This document shows positions 20,957 through 30,216 of a stretch of DNA of 64,000 nucleotides, piece by piece. The position numbers and the translations under genes were made by a program. The stretch is from positions 450 to 64,449 of the forward strand of contig CAMDEV010000001.1 in NCBI GenBank assembly GCA_945896925.1. Reading direction: 5' to 3'. The notes below the pieces were generated by a model, which was given only the letters and a program-made list of their open reading frames with translations, was not told the DNA's origin and did not search any database. This stretch comes from Auritidibacter sp. Marseille-P8566 (lineage in GTDB: Bacteria; Actinomycetota; Actinomycetes; Actinomycetales; Microbacteriaceae). Position 1 is the stretch's first letter. Each line of letters begins with the position of its first letter.

Positions 20957-20981
20957 AACCTTCAACCAAAGATTTAATCTT
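20957..20981. promoter_or_regulatory. Candidate FtsR-type (MerR) operator upstream of nrdR-nrdJ
   Basis: AACCTTCAACCAAAGATTTAATCTT; 19/25 identical to the reverse complement of the ftsZ palindrome, first 10 nt identical. Confidence 0.5.
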
Positions 20982-21000
20982 TCTGTTACAAAAAGATTGT

Positions 21001-22311
21001 TTAGAAACGGACCTTTATCGCGTCACCATGGGCTGAAAGACCCTCTTGGTTGGCGATAGCAACAACATTATTTGCTACCTCTGACAAAGCCGATGCGCTG
21101 TAGTCGATGAGCTGCTGGGCCCTCAAGAACGTGTGAACTCCCAATCCCGAGCTGAATCTCGCCTGTCCACCCGTTGGCAGCACGTGATTAGACCCTGCTA
21201 GGTAATCCCCCAGTGAAACTGGCGAGTAAGCACCCAGGAATAGAGCTCCGGCATTCGTAATTTGCTCCGAAACTGCCTTTGGATCCTTTGTCTGAATCGA
21301 GAGGTGTTCTGTGGCGTAGTTATTTGCAATGGCAATACCTTGCTCCATACCTGAGACCAGCACAAGAGCGCTCTGCTGGGCCTTCAAGGCAGCGGCTGCA
21401 CGTTCTTGGTTCTCAGTTGTGGCCAACTGTGAACTGACTTCCTGAAGCACCTGAGCGATAAGTTCCTCAGAATCAGTCACCAGGACGGCTGCAGCCAATT
21501 CATCGTGTTCAGCCTGTGAAAGAAGATCTGCTGCAACATATCGAGGATTAGCTGATTTGTCTGCGAAAATCAGGATTTCGGTGGGTCCCGCCTCCGAATC
21601 AATGGCTATTCTCCCCCGCAATAAACGCTTAGCGGCCGCAACATAGACATTGCCGGGACCAGTAACAAGCTCTACTGGTTCCAAACCAATTTCAGGCACT
21701 CCGAAGGCAAAAGCTGCCACAGCAGCCGGTCCTCCAATGACGTAGACATCTTCAACCCCTAACAGAGCGGCAGTGGCTAGAACGGTTGGATTAGGCCTTC
21801 CCCCGAATGCTAATTGGCCAGGAGTTGCGATCGAGATTTGCTTTACCCCTGCAACCTGCGCTGGAACCACGTTCATTACAACGCTGGATGGGTAAACAGC
21901 CTTTCCCCCAGGAACATAAAGTCCCACCGACTCAACAGCCTGCCACCGTTGGCTAACTGTTGCCCCTTCAGCCAGAGAAACACTGGTATTGGACGGCATA
22001 TTCGCCTTTGAGACTCTTTTGACCCTGTCGATAGCTATCTCAATTGAGGCTCTGAGTTCAGCATCTAGGTTCCGAAGTGCTTGAGCAAGCTCAAGGGCTG
22101 AAACTTTGATTGGTTCGATATCGATGCCATCAATGACTTTAGCCACTCTAACCAGAGCTTTTGCGCCGTCTCTTTGTATCTCAGCTAGCAAGGGTTTGAT
22201 TGACTCGGCGGCTTGTGAAACATCGATGCTTGCTCTAGGCAATTCAGTCGCGACTAATTCACGGGTAATTTCCTGATCACGAAGATCCAGAACTCTGATG
22301 TCGTTGCCCAT
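21001..22311 (-). CDS. hisD: Histidinol dehydrogenase
   Basis: GLYVPGG, GPGNVYV, EAGPTE, SQAEHD, GDYLAGSNHVLPT. Confidence 0.96.
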   Translation of the reverse strand: MGNDIRVLDLRDQEITRELVATELPRASIDVSQAAESIKPLLAEIQRDGAKALVRVAKVIDGIDIEPIKVSALELAQALRNLDAELRASIEIAIDRVKRVSKANMPSNTSVSLAEGATVSQRWQAVESVGLYVPGGKAVYPSSVVMNVVPAQVAGVKQISIATPGQLAFGGRPNPTVLATAALLGVEDVYVIGGPAAVAAFAFGVPEIGLEPVELVTGPGNVYVAAAKRLLRGRIAIDSEAGPTEILIFADKSANPRYVAADLLSQAEHDELAAAVLVTDSEELIAQVLQEVSSQLATTENQERAAAALKAQQSALVLVSGMEQGIAIANNYATEHLSIQTKDPKAVSEQITNAGALFLGAYSPVSLGDYLAGSNHVLPTGGQARFSSGLGVHTFLRAQQLIDYSASALSEVANNVVAIANQEGLSAHGDAIKVRF

Positions 22312-22401
22312 GAATTTCTTAACTTTCTAACTTTTGACTATTGTAAGCGAATGACCAAACGCTAACTGGGTTAGCCTTGGTGAGAAAGTAAGGACTACAT
22401 C

Positions 22402-22902
22402 TTGGAGCACATAACCGATACCACTGAGGCACTGAAGGCAGCTTTCCGTCGCCATGCCTCAGGTGTTTGCCTGATCACAATGAGTGACCCGGAGGGCAAC
22501 CCAGTCGGCTTCACAGCGACCTCTGTGACTTCACTCGGTTCTGACCCCGCTCTAGCCTCATTCAACGTTGCTAGAGGCGCTAGCAGCTGGCCAGCGCTAG
22601 CAGTCGCTGAGTATGTTTCAATTCAGATGCTCAATGAAAGCAGCCTTACGCTAGCGATCAGAATGTCTCAGGACCATACCCAAAGATTCACCCCGAATGA
22701 TTGGTTCAGAGAAACCAAAACAAATCTGCCGATTTTTGAAAAAATTAACGCAGCTTTGATTTGTAAAGTTGTTGCTCGTCACGAGGTTGAAAAGAACGCT
22801 GTCGTCGTAGTCGAGATTCTCGAAGGCTTATTCGCCGAAGAGCTCCCCAGCCTTCTCTACCACCAACGTGGTTACGTCGTCCCCGGCGACCGCATCAGTT
22901 AA
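22402..22902 (+). CDS. Flavin reductase family protein
   Basis: AFRRHASGVCLIT, GFTATSVTSL, LLYHQRGY. Confidence 0.85.
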   Translation: MEHITDTTEALKAAFRRHASGVCLITMSDPEGNPVGFTATSVTSLGSDPALASFNVARGASSWPALAVAEYVSIQMLNESSLTLAIRMSQDHTQRFTPNDWFRETKTNLPIFEKINAALICKVVARHEVEKNAVVVVEILEGLFAEELPSLLYHQRGYVVPGDRIS

Positions 22903-25900
22903 TTCTGACTGTCTAAAAAGAACTTCGTCCAGGGCTGAAGTTCCAAAGTGTTGTTTGACCTCTGAAATGAGTGCATCACCAACGAACACCTTGTGCTTCA
23001 GTTTGAAAGTCTTTACTTCCGAGTCATTCTTCAAAAGCAACTGCACTTCGGTTTGCCCTGGATATTTCTTGAAGACTGAATCTAGCAGTTCAATATTTGA
23101 TCGAGAAGCTAGTTGTTCTGCAATAACAACTTTCAAAGGACCTGCGTATCTGTTGTCATCCTTTTCAAGAACTTGAATATCGTTTACGTTCAGAGCAAAG
23201 CCATCGTCACGAGGCCTCATTCGGCCACGAACTGCAACCAAGGTGTCTACGTTTAACTTGTCGATATTTTCAAGGTAGGTTTTACTGAAAATCATTAGTG
23301 AAACTTCAGCTTCAAGATCTTCGATGGTCACATTCGCGTAGACGTTTCCAGATGACCTTGCAGTTTTCACATCCACCACGGTTATCAATCCAGCAAGCGT
23401 TACCGCCTCAGTTTCTGCAAAATCTTTGCGGGCGATGAATGAGGAAATGGTTTCCGTTGCGCTAGCGCGGAGTTTGCCTTCTGCGCCTTGCAAAGGGTGA
23501 GCGCTGACATAAAGACCAAGCATCTCTCGCTCGAGGCTAAGCAGTTGTCGCTGTGGCCACTCTGCAAGTTGTGGAATCCTGTGTGAGTGGTGACTGTCTT
23601 CAAAGTCATCAAAGAGATCCAGCTCACCTGTTGACTTAGATTTCTTTGCCTTGAGCTCTGCTTCAATAATCTGCTCGTGTGCTTCAAAGAGCGATCTTCT
23701 ACTCATTCCAAATGAATCGAATGCACCTGCTTTGATAAGTGATTCGATTACCTTCTTGGAACAAACAGAAGCGGGAACTTTAGATATGAAATCTTGGAAA
23801 GAAGTGAACCGACCTTCGGTGTCTCGTGTCCTAACAATCTCTTGAACCACGCCGATACCCACATTGCGAATAGCTTCCAACCCAAAACGAATGTCACCGC
23901 CAACCGCTCTAAAGTCAGCAATCGAGTCATTGACATCGGGGGCAAGCACCTGAATTCCCGCTCTTCTAGCTTCGCTTAGATAAATACTTAGCCGGTCACG
24001 AGAGCTCTTCACAGAGGTAAGTAGAGCTGCCATGTATTCCTGTGGGAAGTTCGCCTTCATGTATGCGGTCCAGTATGAAAGCACTCCGTAAGCTGCGCTG
24101 TGAGCCTTGTTGAAGGCGTAGTCTGCGAATGGAAGGAGAGTTTCCCAAAGCTTTTCAATAGCCTCGTCTACGTAGCCGTTTTCTTTCATACCGGCGACGA
24201 AACCAACCTTTTGTGCGTCTAGTTCTTCCTTCTTTTTCTTACCCATAGCTCGACGTAGCTCATCAGCTTTAGCAAGGCTGAAGTTCGCTACCTTCTGCGC
24301 TACCGCCATTACCTGCTCTTGATAAACAATCAAGCCGTAGGTTGGATCTAGAACCTCAGCCAAAGGCTGTTCAAGACTTGGGTGAATAGGAATGTTTTGC
24401 TCTTTACCGTTCTTACGCTGTGCGTAGGAAGTATGCGAACCCATACCCATAGGTCCTGGACGGTAGAGGGCGATAACCGCAGAGATGTGCTCAAACTTTG
24501 TTGGTTTCAGAAGCCTTAGGAGCGATCTCATCTGACCACCATCGAGCTGGAAAACTCCGAGTGTGTCTCCTCTTGAAAGCATCTCGTAGGTGTTCTCATC
24601 GCCATCTAGATCAAGATCTTCCAAAACAACTTTGACACCTCGGTTAGATAAAGCGTTTTCGATTGCTCTATCAAGGACAGTCAGGTTTCTAAGTCCTAGG
24701 AAGTCCATCTTCACTAGGCCTAATTCTTCACAAGGGTGCTGAGCAAATGCGGTAATGATTGCTCCATCGTCATCACGACGGATAACTGGGATTACATCTA
24801 GCAACGGTTCAGCAGACATGATGACACCGGCGGCGTGCACGCTTGTCTGGCGCTTTAGACCTTCCAGTCCTCTAGCAAGCTCAAAAGTCTTTCTTGCATC
24901 GGGGTCTTCTTCAAGAATCTTTCTAAACTCAGCTGCCTCTTTATATCTGCTCTTTGAATCCATTGCAGCTGGTTCAATAGCTACTGGTTCGAAATCTGGA
25001 GTTTCTTCATCAAACTCATCTTCCACGGATTCATCTGTTGAATACTCAACAACAGGTCTGTTGTTAGGGTCTTCAACCATCTCGCTAAGAGTCATGTCTT
25101 TTCCAAGCACCATGCGAGGCATTGCCTTGGTTAATTTTTCACCAACGGAATAATCCATTCCAAGAACACGAGCAGCATCCTTCAAGCTCTGTTTTGCCTT
25201 GATGGTTCCATAGGTAATAATCTGAGCAACTCTGTCATCACCATACTTCTGAGTAACATACCTAATCACTTCACCACGACGACGATCATCAAAGTCAACA
25301 TCGATATCTGGAAGGCTGACACGTCCAGGGTTTAGGAACCGCTCAAAGAGCAACCCGTATTTGATTGGATCAAGTGCTGTAATTCCAAGAGCAAAAGCCA
25401 CAAGGGACCCCGCTGCTGAACCACGACCCGGACCTACTCTGATGCCTTGATTTCTAGCCCAAGCAATAAAGTCAGCTACCACTAGGAAGTAACCAGGGAA
25501 ATTCATGTTCTTGATTACTTCAATCTCAAACGCAATACGTTCTAGGTAAAGCTTCTCGATATCCTTACCAAAACGTTCATACATTCCGCGCATTACTTCA
25601 GCTTCAAACCAGGATGCCTCGGTGTGACCCTCAGGGACTTGGAATCGTGGCATGAGGTTACGCTTAGCAAATTTGATATCTGATCGCTCAGCAATCAACA
25701 AGGTGTTATCGCAAGCCTCAGGGAATTCTGCGAAGAGTTCACGCATAGCTTTTGCGCTCTTGAGGTAATAACCCTCACCGTCAAACTTGAATCTCTTCTC
25801 ATCGGTCAGTTTGGTTCCAGTTTGAACACATAGCAAAGCCTCTTGTGCATCAGCGTGACCTGCTTCTGTGTAATGCAAGTCATTGGTTGCAACTAGAGGA

Positions 25901-26538
25901 ATTCCTAAATCCTTAGAGAGTTTTATCAAGTCGCTAAAACTTCGTCTTTCAACAGAAGCACCGTGATCCATAATCTCGATGTAGTAGTTCTCTTTACCAA
26001 AGATGTCTCTGAATTCGGCAGCAGTTTCTAAAGCTTCTTTGTATTGTCCAAGTCGCAACCTAGTTTGCACTTCACCGCTGGCACATCCAGACGTGGCGAC
26101 TATTCCCTTGGCATATTTAGAAAGTAACTCTCTATCCATCCGAGGTTGAAAGTAATAACCCTCAAGCCAGGCGTAGGAACTTAACTTAAAGAGGTTCATC
26201 ATGCTCTCGTTGTCAGTGGAGAGCATGGTTAGGTGCGTGTATGCACCTTTAGCTAAATCGTCTTCCCCGCCGTCAGCCCAGTATGTTCTGGTCTTATCAA
26301 GCCTTGAACCTGGAGCTAAATAGGCTTCAATTCCAATGATTGGTTTTATGCCTTTTTTGGTTGCCTGCTCCCAGAAATCAAAAGCACCGAAGTTATTTCC
26401 GTGATCGGTGATAGCAATCGCCGGCATGCCAAAATCAACCGCTTTATCAAGAAGTTTGTCCACCTTAGCGGCACCGTCAAGCATGGAATACTCAGTGTGC
26501 ACATGCAGATGCACAAAGTTATCGCTGCTACTGGACAT
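22828..26538 (-). CDS. dnaE: DNA polymerase III alpha subunit
   Basis: PHP HLHVHTEYS/TDH, GRGSAAGS, PDIDVD, KMDFLGL, FNKAHS, OB fold; ELDLF clamp-like motif. Confidence 0.97.
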   Translation of the reverse strand: MSSSSDNFVHLHVHTEYSMLDGAAKVDKLLDKAVDFGMPAIAITDHGNNFGAFDFWEQATKKGIKPIIGIEAYLAPGSRLDKTRTYWADGGEDDLAKGAYTHLTMLSTDNESMMNLFKLSSYAWLEGYYFQPRMDRELLSKYAKGIVATSGCASGEVQTRLRLGQYKEALETAAEFRDIFGKENYYIEIMDHGASVERRSFSDLIKLSKDLGIPLVATNDLHYTEAGHADAQEALLCVQTGTKLTDEKRFKFDGEGYYLKSAKAMRELFAEFPEACDNTLLIAERSDIKFAKRNLMPRFQVPEGHTEASWFEAEVMRGMYERFGKDIEKLYLERIAFEIEVIKNMNFPGYFLVVADFIAWARNQGIRVGPGRGSAAGSLVAFALGITALDPIKYGLLFERFLNPGRVSLPDIDVDFDDRRRGEVIRYVTQKYGDDRVAQIITYGTIKAKQSLKDAARVLGMDYSVGEKLTKAMPRMVLGKDMTLSEMVEDPNNRPVVEYSTDESVEDEFDEETPDFEPVAIEPAAMDSKSRYKEAAEFRKILEEDPDARKTFELARGLEGLKRQTSVHAAGVIMSAEPLLDVIPVIRRDDDGAIITAFAQHPCEELGLVKMDFLGLRNLTVLDRAIENALSNRGVKVVLEDLDLDGDENTYEMLSRGDTLGVFQLDGGQMRSLLRLLKPTKFEHISAVIALYRPGPMGMGSHTSYAQRKNGKEQNIPIHPSLEQPLAEVLDPTYGLIVYQEQVMAVAQKVANFSLAKADELRRAMGKKKKEELDAQKVGFVAGMKENGYVDEAIEKLWETLLPFADYAFNKAHSAAYGVLSYWTAYMKANFPQEYMAALLTSVKSSRDRLSIYLSEARRAGIQVLAPDVNDSIADFRAVGGDIRFGLEAIRNVGIGVVQEIVRTRDTEGRFTSFQDFISKVPASVCSKKVIESLIKAGAFDSFGMSRRSLFEAHEQIIEAELKAKKSKSTGELDLFDDFEDSHHSHRIPQLAEWPQRQLLSLEREMLGLYVSAHPLQGAEGKLRASATETISSFIARKDFAETEAVTLAGLITVVDVKTARSSGNVYANVTIEDLEAEVSLMIFSKTYLENIDKLNVDTLVAVRGRMRPRDDGFALNVNDIQVLEKDDNRYAGPLKVVIAEQLASRSNIELLDSVFKKYPGQTEVQLLLKNDSEVKTFKLKHKVFVGDALISEVKQHFGTSALDEVLFRQSELTDAVAGDDVTTLVVEKAGELFGE

Positions 26539-26617
26539 CAGTTCTAAACCTCATTTTTGGACTAGGCCATTTAGCCTAACTTGACCCTACGTCAACTAAT
26601 TTTGCCACTCCGACTGC

Positions 26618-27538
26618 TCAGCGCAGTAACGCTAGAGAGTCGGATAGGTCTTTAGGGTAACTGCTCTCAAAGAGAACATACTCCCCCTTGGTTGGATGAA
26701 TAAAGCCCAGCTTCATCGCATGAAGCCACTGTCTTTCCATTCCGAGTTTGGCCGCTAGCTTTGGATCACAGCCGTAGAGGGTGTCCCCCACCAAAGGATG
26801 CTTGAAGGAAGAGAAGTGAACACGAATCTGATGAGTTCGACCCGTCTCGAGCTCTATCTCGAGAAGGCTTGCTGCCACGAAGGCTTCCAGTGTCTTGTAA
26901 TGAGTAACCGAGGGTTTCCCATCCTGTGCAACCGTGAACTTGTATTCGTGTTTCGGATGTCTTGCAATCGGGGCATCAATTGTTCCTGAACTTGGGTCAG
27001 GATGACCTTGAACCAGAGCGTGGTAAGTCTTATCAACGACTCGATCACGAAATGCCTGCTTCATGCGACTGTATGCAATCTCAGTCTTGGTCAAGACCAT
27101 CAAACCGCTGGTACCAACATCTAGTCGACTTACAATTCCTTGACGCTCTGCAACACCGCTGGTGGACATTTCGATGCCCATTGCAAGCAGTGCCCCGCCA
27201 ACACTAGGACCATCCCAACCAACTGATGGATGAGCTGCAACTCCAGCTGGCTTATCGACAACAACAATATCTTCGTCTTGGTAAACAACTTTGAGATCCG
27301 GAACTAGTTCTGCAACTAGAGCCAAAGGTGCTTTAGGAGCAGGAAGTGTGATGGTCAGCCAAGCATCTTGAATCAGAGAATCTGATTTAGAAATAATGTG
27401 AGAGTTTTGCTGCACCAAGCCAGTTTCAATCAGGTCTGCAACAGCGCTCCGGCTCATACCCAGGAGTCTGGCAATGCCTGCGTCAGCTCTAGACCCAGCA
27501 ATCCCTTCGGGAACCTGGATCAGGCGATCCTCAGACAC
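26618..27538 (-). CDS. RluA/RluD family pseudouridine synthase
   Basis: S4-like N-terminus, VDKPAG, SRLDVGTSG (catalytic D), TGRTHQIRVH. Confidence 0.93.
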   Translation of the reverse strand: MSEDRLIQVPEGIAGSRADAGIARLLGMSRSAVADLIETGLVQQNSHIISKSDSLIQDAWLTITLPAPKAPLALVAELVPDLKVVYQDEDIVVVDKPAGVAAHPSVGWDGPSVGGALLAMGIEMSTSGVAERQGIVSRLDVGTSGLMVLTKTEIAYSRMKQAFRDRVVDKTYHALVQGHPDPSSGTIDAPIARHPKHEYKFTVAQDGKPSVTHYKTLEAFVAASLLEIELETGRTHQIRVHFSSFKHPLVGDTLYGCDPKLAAKLGMERQWLHAMKLGFIHPTKGEYVLFESSYPKDLSDSLALLR

Positions 27539-28037
27539 TTGTCCCGCCTAGTTTCTCACCACGCATAATTCGGATGGCGATGATAAGCGCTGAAATAGTT
27601 ATCGCAGAGTCTGCGATGTTGAATATTGGGAAATTGAATGGCAACTGAATGAAATCAACAACATGACCATTAGCAAAACCCGGTGCTCTGAAGAGTCGAT
27701 CAACTAGGTTGCCGGCAACTCCTCCTAGAGCGAAACCTCCAAGCACCACCCAACCAGTTGTGCTGAATCTTGGAACGAACCAAAGTAATAGCAAAGTGGC
27801 AAGGCTAGAGAGAATGGTGAAAACCCAGGTCGCTGATCCTCCGAGTGAAAAAGCAGCACTGTCATTGAAAACCAGAGTGAGTCTGACTAGGTCAAAGATA
27901 AATGGAACAGATTCGAATGGGGCAAGGTTTGCGATTGCTAAAGCCTTAGTGAGCTGATCAACTAGCACCACAGCGACGCCAATGCCGAGAAACAACAGTG
28001 TTTTTCCTGTTGCACTCTTTTTGCTAGTTGTATTCAC
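27531..28037 (-). CDS. lspA: Lipoprotein signal peptidase II
   Basis: DQLTK, GNLVDR, VVDFI, FNIAD. Confidence 0.95.
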   Translation of the reverse strand: MNTTSKKSATGKTLLFLGIGVAVVLVDQLTKALAIANLAPFESVPFIFDLVRLTLVFNDSAAFSLGGSATWVFTILSSLATLLLLWFVPRFSTTGWVVLGGFALGGVAGNLVDRLFRAPGFANGHVVDFIQLPFNFPIFNIADSAITISALIIAIRIMRGEKLGGTSV

Positions 28038-28042
28038 CTAAA

Positions 28043-28690
28043 TCAGATCTGGAAAGTGTTGGCGATTGCGGTTGGCCCCGTTGCTGGCTTCTGGCTGTTT
28101 CCTGAAGCAGCCTCAAGATCGTTCAATTGAGATTCAATGTATGACTTGAGTTTCGCGCGGTATTCCTTCTCGAAGTTACGAAGGGTCTGAACATCGTTCT
28201 CAGCCAAAGCCTTCTCTTGCTCAAGTCTGTTTAAATCTGCCTTGTGTTGCGCTTCAGCTTCACGAACAATTCTTGAAGCTGTTGCGTGACCTTCAGCAAT
28301 AAGCGCATCGCGCTTCTCAAGACCTTCACGAACGTGCTCCTCGTGAAGTTTTCTAGCAAGCTGAAGCAAGTTGTTGGTGTTATTAGATTCGAAACCTGTA
28401 AGGTCGGGAGCAGCCTGAGGGAATTCTGAGTTAGGGGTTGTGCTTGCTGGAATTGAAGCCTCAGCGGTGTTGACCTGCTGAACCAGTGAAGCACCGCTTC
28501 TCTGAAGTTCCGCAATACGACCGTCTGCTGCTAGGAGTCGCTGACGAAGGTCTTCGTTTTCCTGGTTGATGCGACGCATTTCCAAAACGATTTCATCAAG
28601 AAAGTCATCGACTTCATCCTGATCATATCCCTCACGGAATTTGGTTGGTTGAAAACGCTTATTTACTACATCCTCTGGAGTCAATGGCAT
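28043..28690 (-). CDS. divIVA: DivIVA/Wag31
   Basis: MPLTPEDV...REGYDQDEVDDFLD N-domain plus coiled coils. Confidence 0.95.
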   Translation of the reverse strand: MPLTPEDVVNKRFQPTKFREGYDQDEVDDFLDEIVLEMRRINQENEDLRQRLLAADGRIAELQRSGASLVQQVNTAEASIPASTTPNSEFPQAAPDLTGFESNNTNNLLQLARKLHEEHVREGLEKRDALIAEGHATASRIVREAEAQHKADLNRLEQEKALAENDVQTLRNFEKEYRAKLKSYIESQLNDLEAASGNSQKPATGPTAIANTFQI

Positions 28691-28755
28691 CGCCGTCTCC
28701 TTACTTCTCTAAATCAAAACAACGGTCAAACACCAAGGTTACCCTAACTCTTCGG

Positions 28756-29046
28756 CTAAAGCAGGCTTGCTAACAAGCGTTCGGCCAGCGCAAGCACGAT
28801 AAACAGAGCCAAAATCGATAGGTCCAGATACCCGCCACCGATTCTAATTGGCTTGATAAGCCTTGATAGTGGCTTGATTACCCAGTCGGTGAGGGTGTAA
28901 CAGATCTCCAGTAGAACCAGGAAAATACCTCTAGGTCTAAAACTGGGGTTCATAGTTCTAATCAAGTCGATCACAATACGGACGAATAGAACTATGCGAA
29001 AAATATCAATAAGCCAAAGTAGGCCTTGTATTAGGAGAAACATCAA
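28756..29046 (-). CDS. YggT/YlmG membrane protein
   Basis: YTLTD...IRIGGGYLDLS; position between sepF and divIVA. Confidence 0.88.
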   Translation of the reverse strand: MMFLLIQGLLWLIDIFRIVLFVRIVIDLIRTMNPSFRPRGIFLVLLEICYTLTDWVIKPLSRLIKPIRIGGGYLDLSILALFIVLALAERLLASLL

Positions 29047-29050
29047 AACC

Positions 29051-29476
29051 CTACGGTCTGATGATTAGCTTGTCGCCCTCAGCTTCGAGCACGTCGTCAG
29101 AATCACCATCAACTTCAACACCGTATGGTGCTAGTAGGTAAACCTCTTCTGAAACTCTCTTAGATGTTGCAAGTAGTCCTGCCTTGAGTCCAGCCATGAA
29201 ATCAACAAGTCTGCGAGTGTCAGTGTCATTCAGGTTCTGAACGTTGACTACAACAGGAATGCCATCACGTAGGACATCTGCGATCAAGCCAGCATCAGCA
29301 AAACTGCCAGGGGTTACAGTCTCAATGCTTGCGACATCGTTGCCACGACGCATAGGTCTTGGAGCTCTTGCAGGACGCTCTGAGCTACCACCGGTAACTC
29401 TTGGCGCTGCTGGAGCACTCTTAGGAGCGCCGCCCATTGAAAATACTTCTTTTACCCACTGTGTAATGCCAGACAT
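29051..29476 (-). CDS. sepF: Cell division protein SepF
   Basis: RDGIPVVVN, RRLVDF, YLLAP; ATG at 29476 follows AAGGAG. Confidence 0.9.
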   Translation of the reverse strand: MSGITQWVKEVFSMGGAPKSAPAAPRVTGGSSERPARAPRPMRRGNDVASIETVTPGSFADAGLIADVLRDGIPVVVNVQNLNDTDTRRLVDFMAGLKAGLLATSKRVSEEVYLLAPYGVEVDGDSDDVLEAEGDKLIIRP

Positions 29477-29524
29477 AGTGTCTCCTTCTAACGAAACCAC
29501 GTTATTGCTAGATTAAGGCGGAAA

Positions 29525-30214
29525 TCAGCGGTTTCCAGTAATTGCGGTACCTATGCGCAAGTGTGTCGCACCGAATGCAATTGCTTCCTCATAGTCTCCA
29601 GACATTCCTGCAGAAATGTATCTAGCCGAAGGCTCAATAGCGACTAACTCTGCGCTTGCCTTAGCTATGCGTTCAAAATCAACAGCGGGCTCAATGCCAA
29701 GGCCTACGACTCCCATTACACCCAGTAGCTGAATCTGAGGCTGAGCAAGCACTTGCTCAGCAAATCTCGAGAGTTCTTTAGGGTCTAATCCCCCACGATT
29801 TGGGTCATCTGTGAGATTGAGTTCTAGAAAGACTTGAATGCGTCTGTCAGGGTCTTTGGCTAGCTGTTTGACTAATTCTTTGAGTAACGAATCTCTGTCC
29901 AGCGAGTGGATGCAGGAGGCATATTCAAGTACGGATCGGACCTTGTTTGACTGCAGTTGCCCAACAAAGTTCCATCTGGCAAGTCCAGGTCTAACTAATT
30001 CAACTTCTTTAGCCTTTGGAGATGCTTCTTGGTCTTTGTTCTCGCCGAAGTTTCTTTCACCTAGATCTAGTAAATCTAGAGCAAGGCTGGCCGGATGATT
30101 CTTCGTCACAACGATTAGTTCGATGTCTCTAACATCTCTGCCAGCTTTACTAGCAGCCGAACCTATGCGCTCTCTAACAGCCTCTAAACGCTGAGCAAGA
30201 GTCGAATCAGTCAT
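29525..30214 (-). CDS. yggS: YggS/PLPBP pyridoxal phosphate homeostasis protein
   Basis: VTK, FGEN, VGQLQSNK, SAGMSGD, GATHLRIGTAI. Confidence 0.94.
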   Translation of the reverse strand: MTDSTLAQRLEAVRERIGSAASKAGRDVRDIELIVVTKNHPASLALDLLDLGERNFGENKDQEASPKAKEVELVRPGLARWNFVGQLQSNKVRSVLEYASCIHSLDRDSLLKELVKQLAKDPDRRIQVFLELNLTDDPNRGGLDPKELSRFAEQVLAQPQIQLLGVMGVVGLGIEPAVDFERIAKASAELVAIEPSARYISAGMSGDYEEAIAFGATHLRIGTAITGNR

Positions 30215-30216
30215 TC

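Noticed and set aside
20247-21000. Cobalamin riboswitch for nrdJ
   Set aside because: No B12-box-like sequence visible and insufficient free space
20841-21059. 72-aa plus-strand ORF in the nrdR-hisD gap
   Set aside because: Runs over the NrdR boxes and into hisD antisense; no SD or homology cues; region is explained as regulatory DNA
17400-26538. Inteins in nrdJ or dnaE
   Set aside because: Protein lengths are normal; no C/S...HN-C/S/T splice junctions or LAGLIDADG motifs; the DnaE insertion is too short
28709-28742. Six-codon TTG uORF upstream of divIVA
   Set aside because: Leaderless TTG starts are rare and the ORF is too short to distinguish from chance
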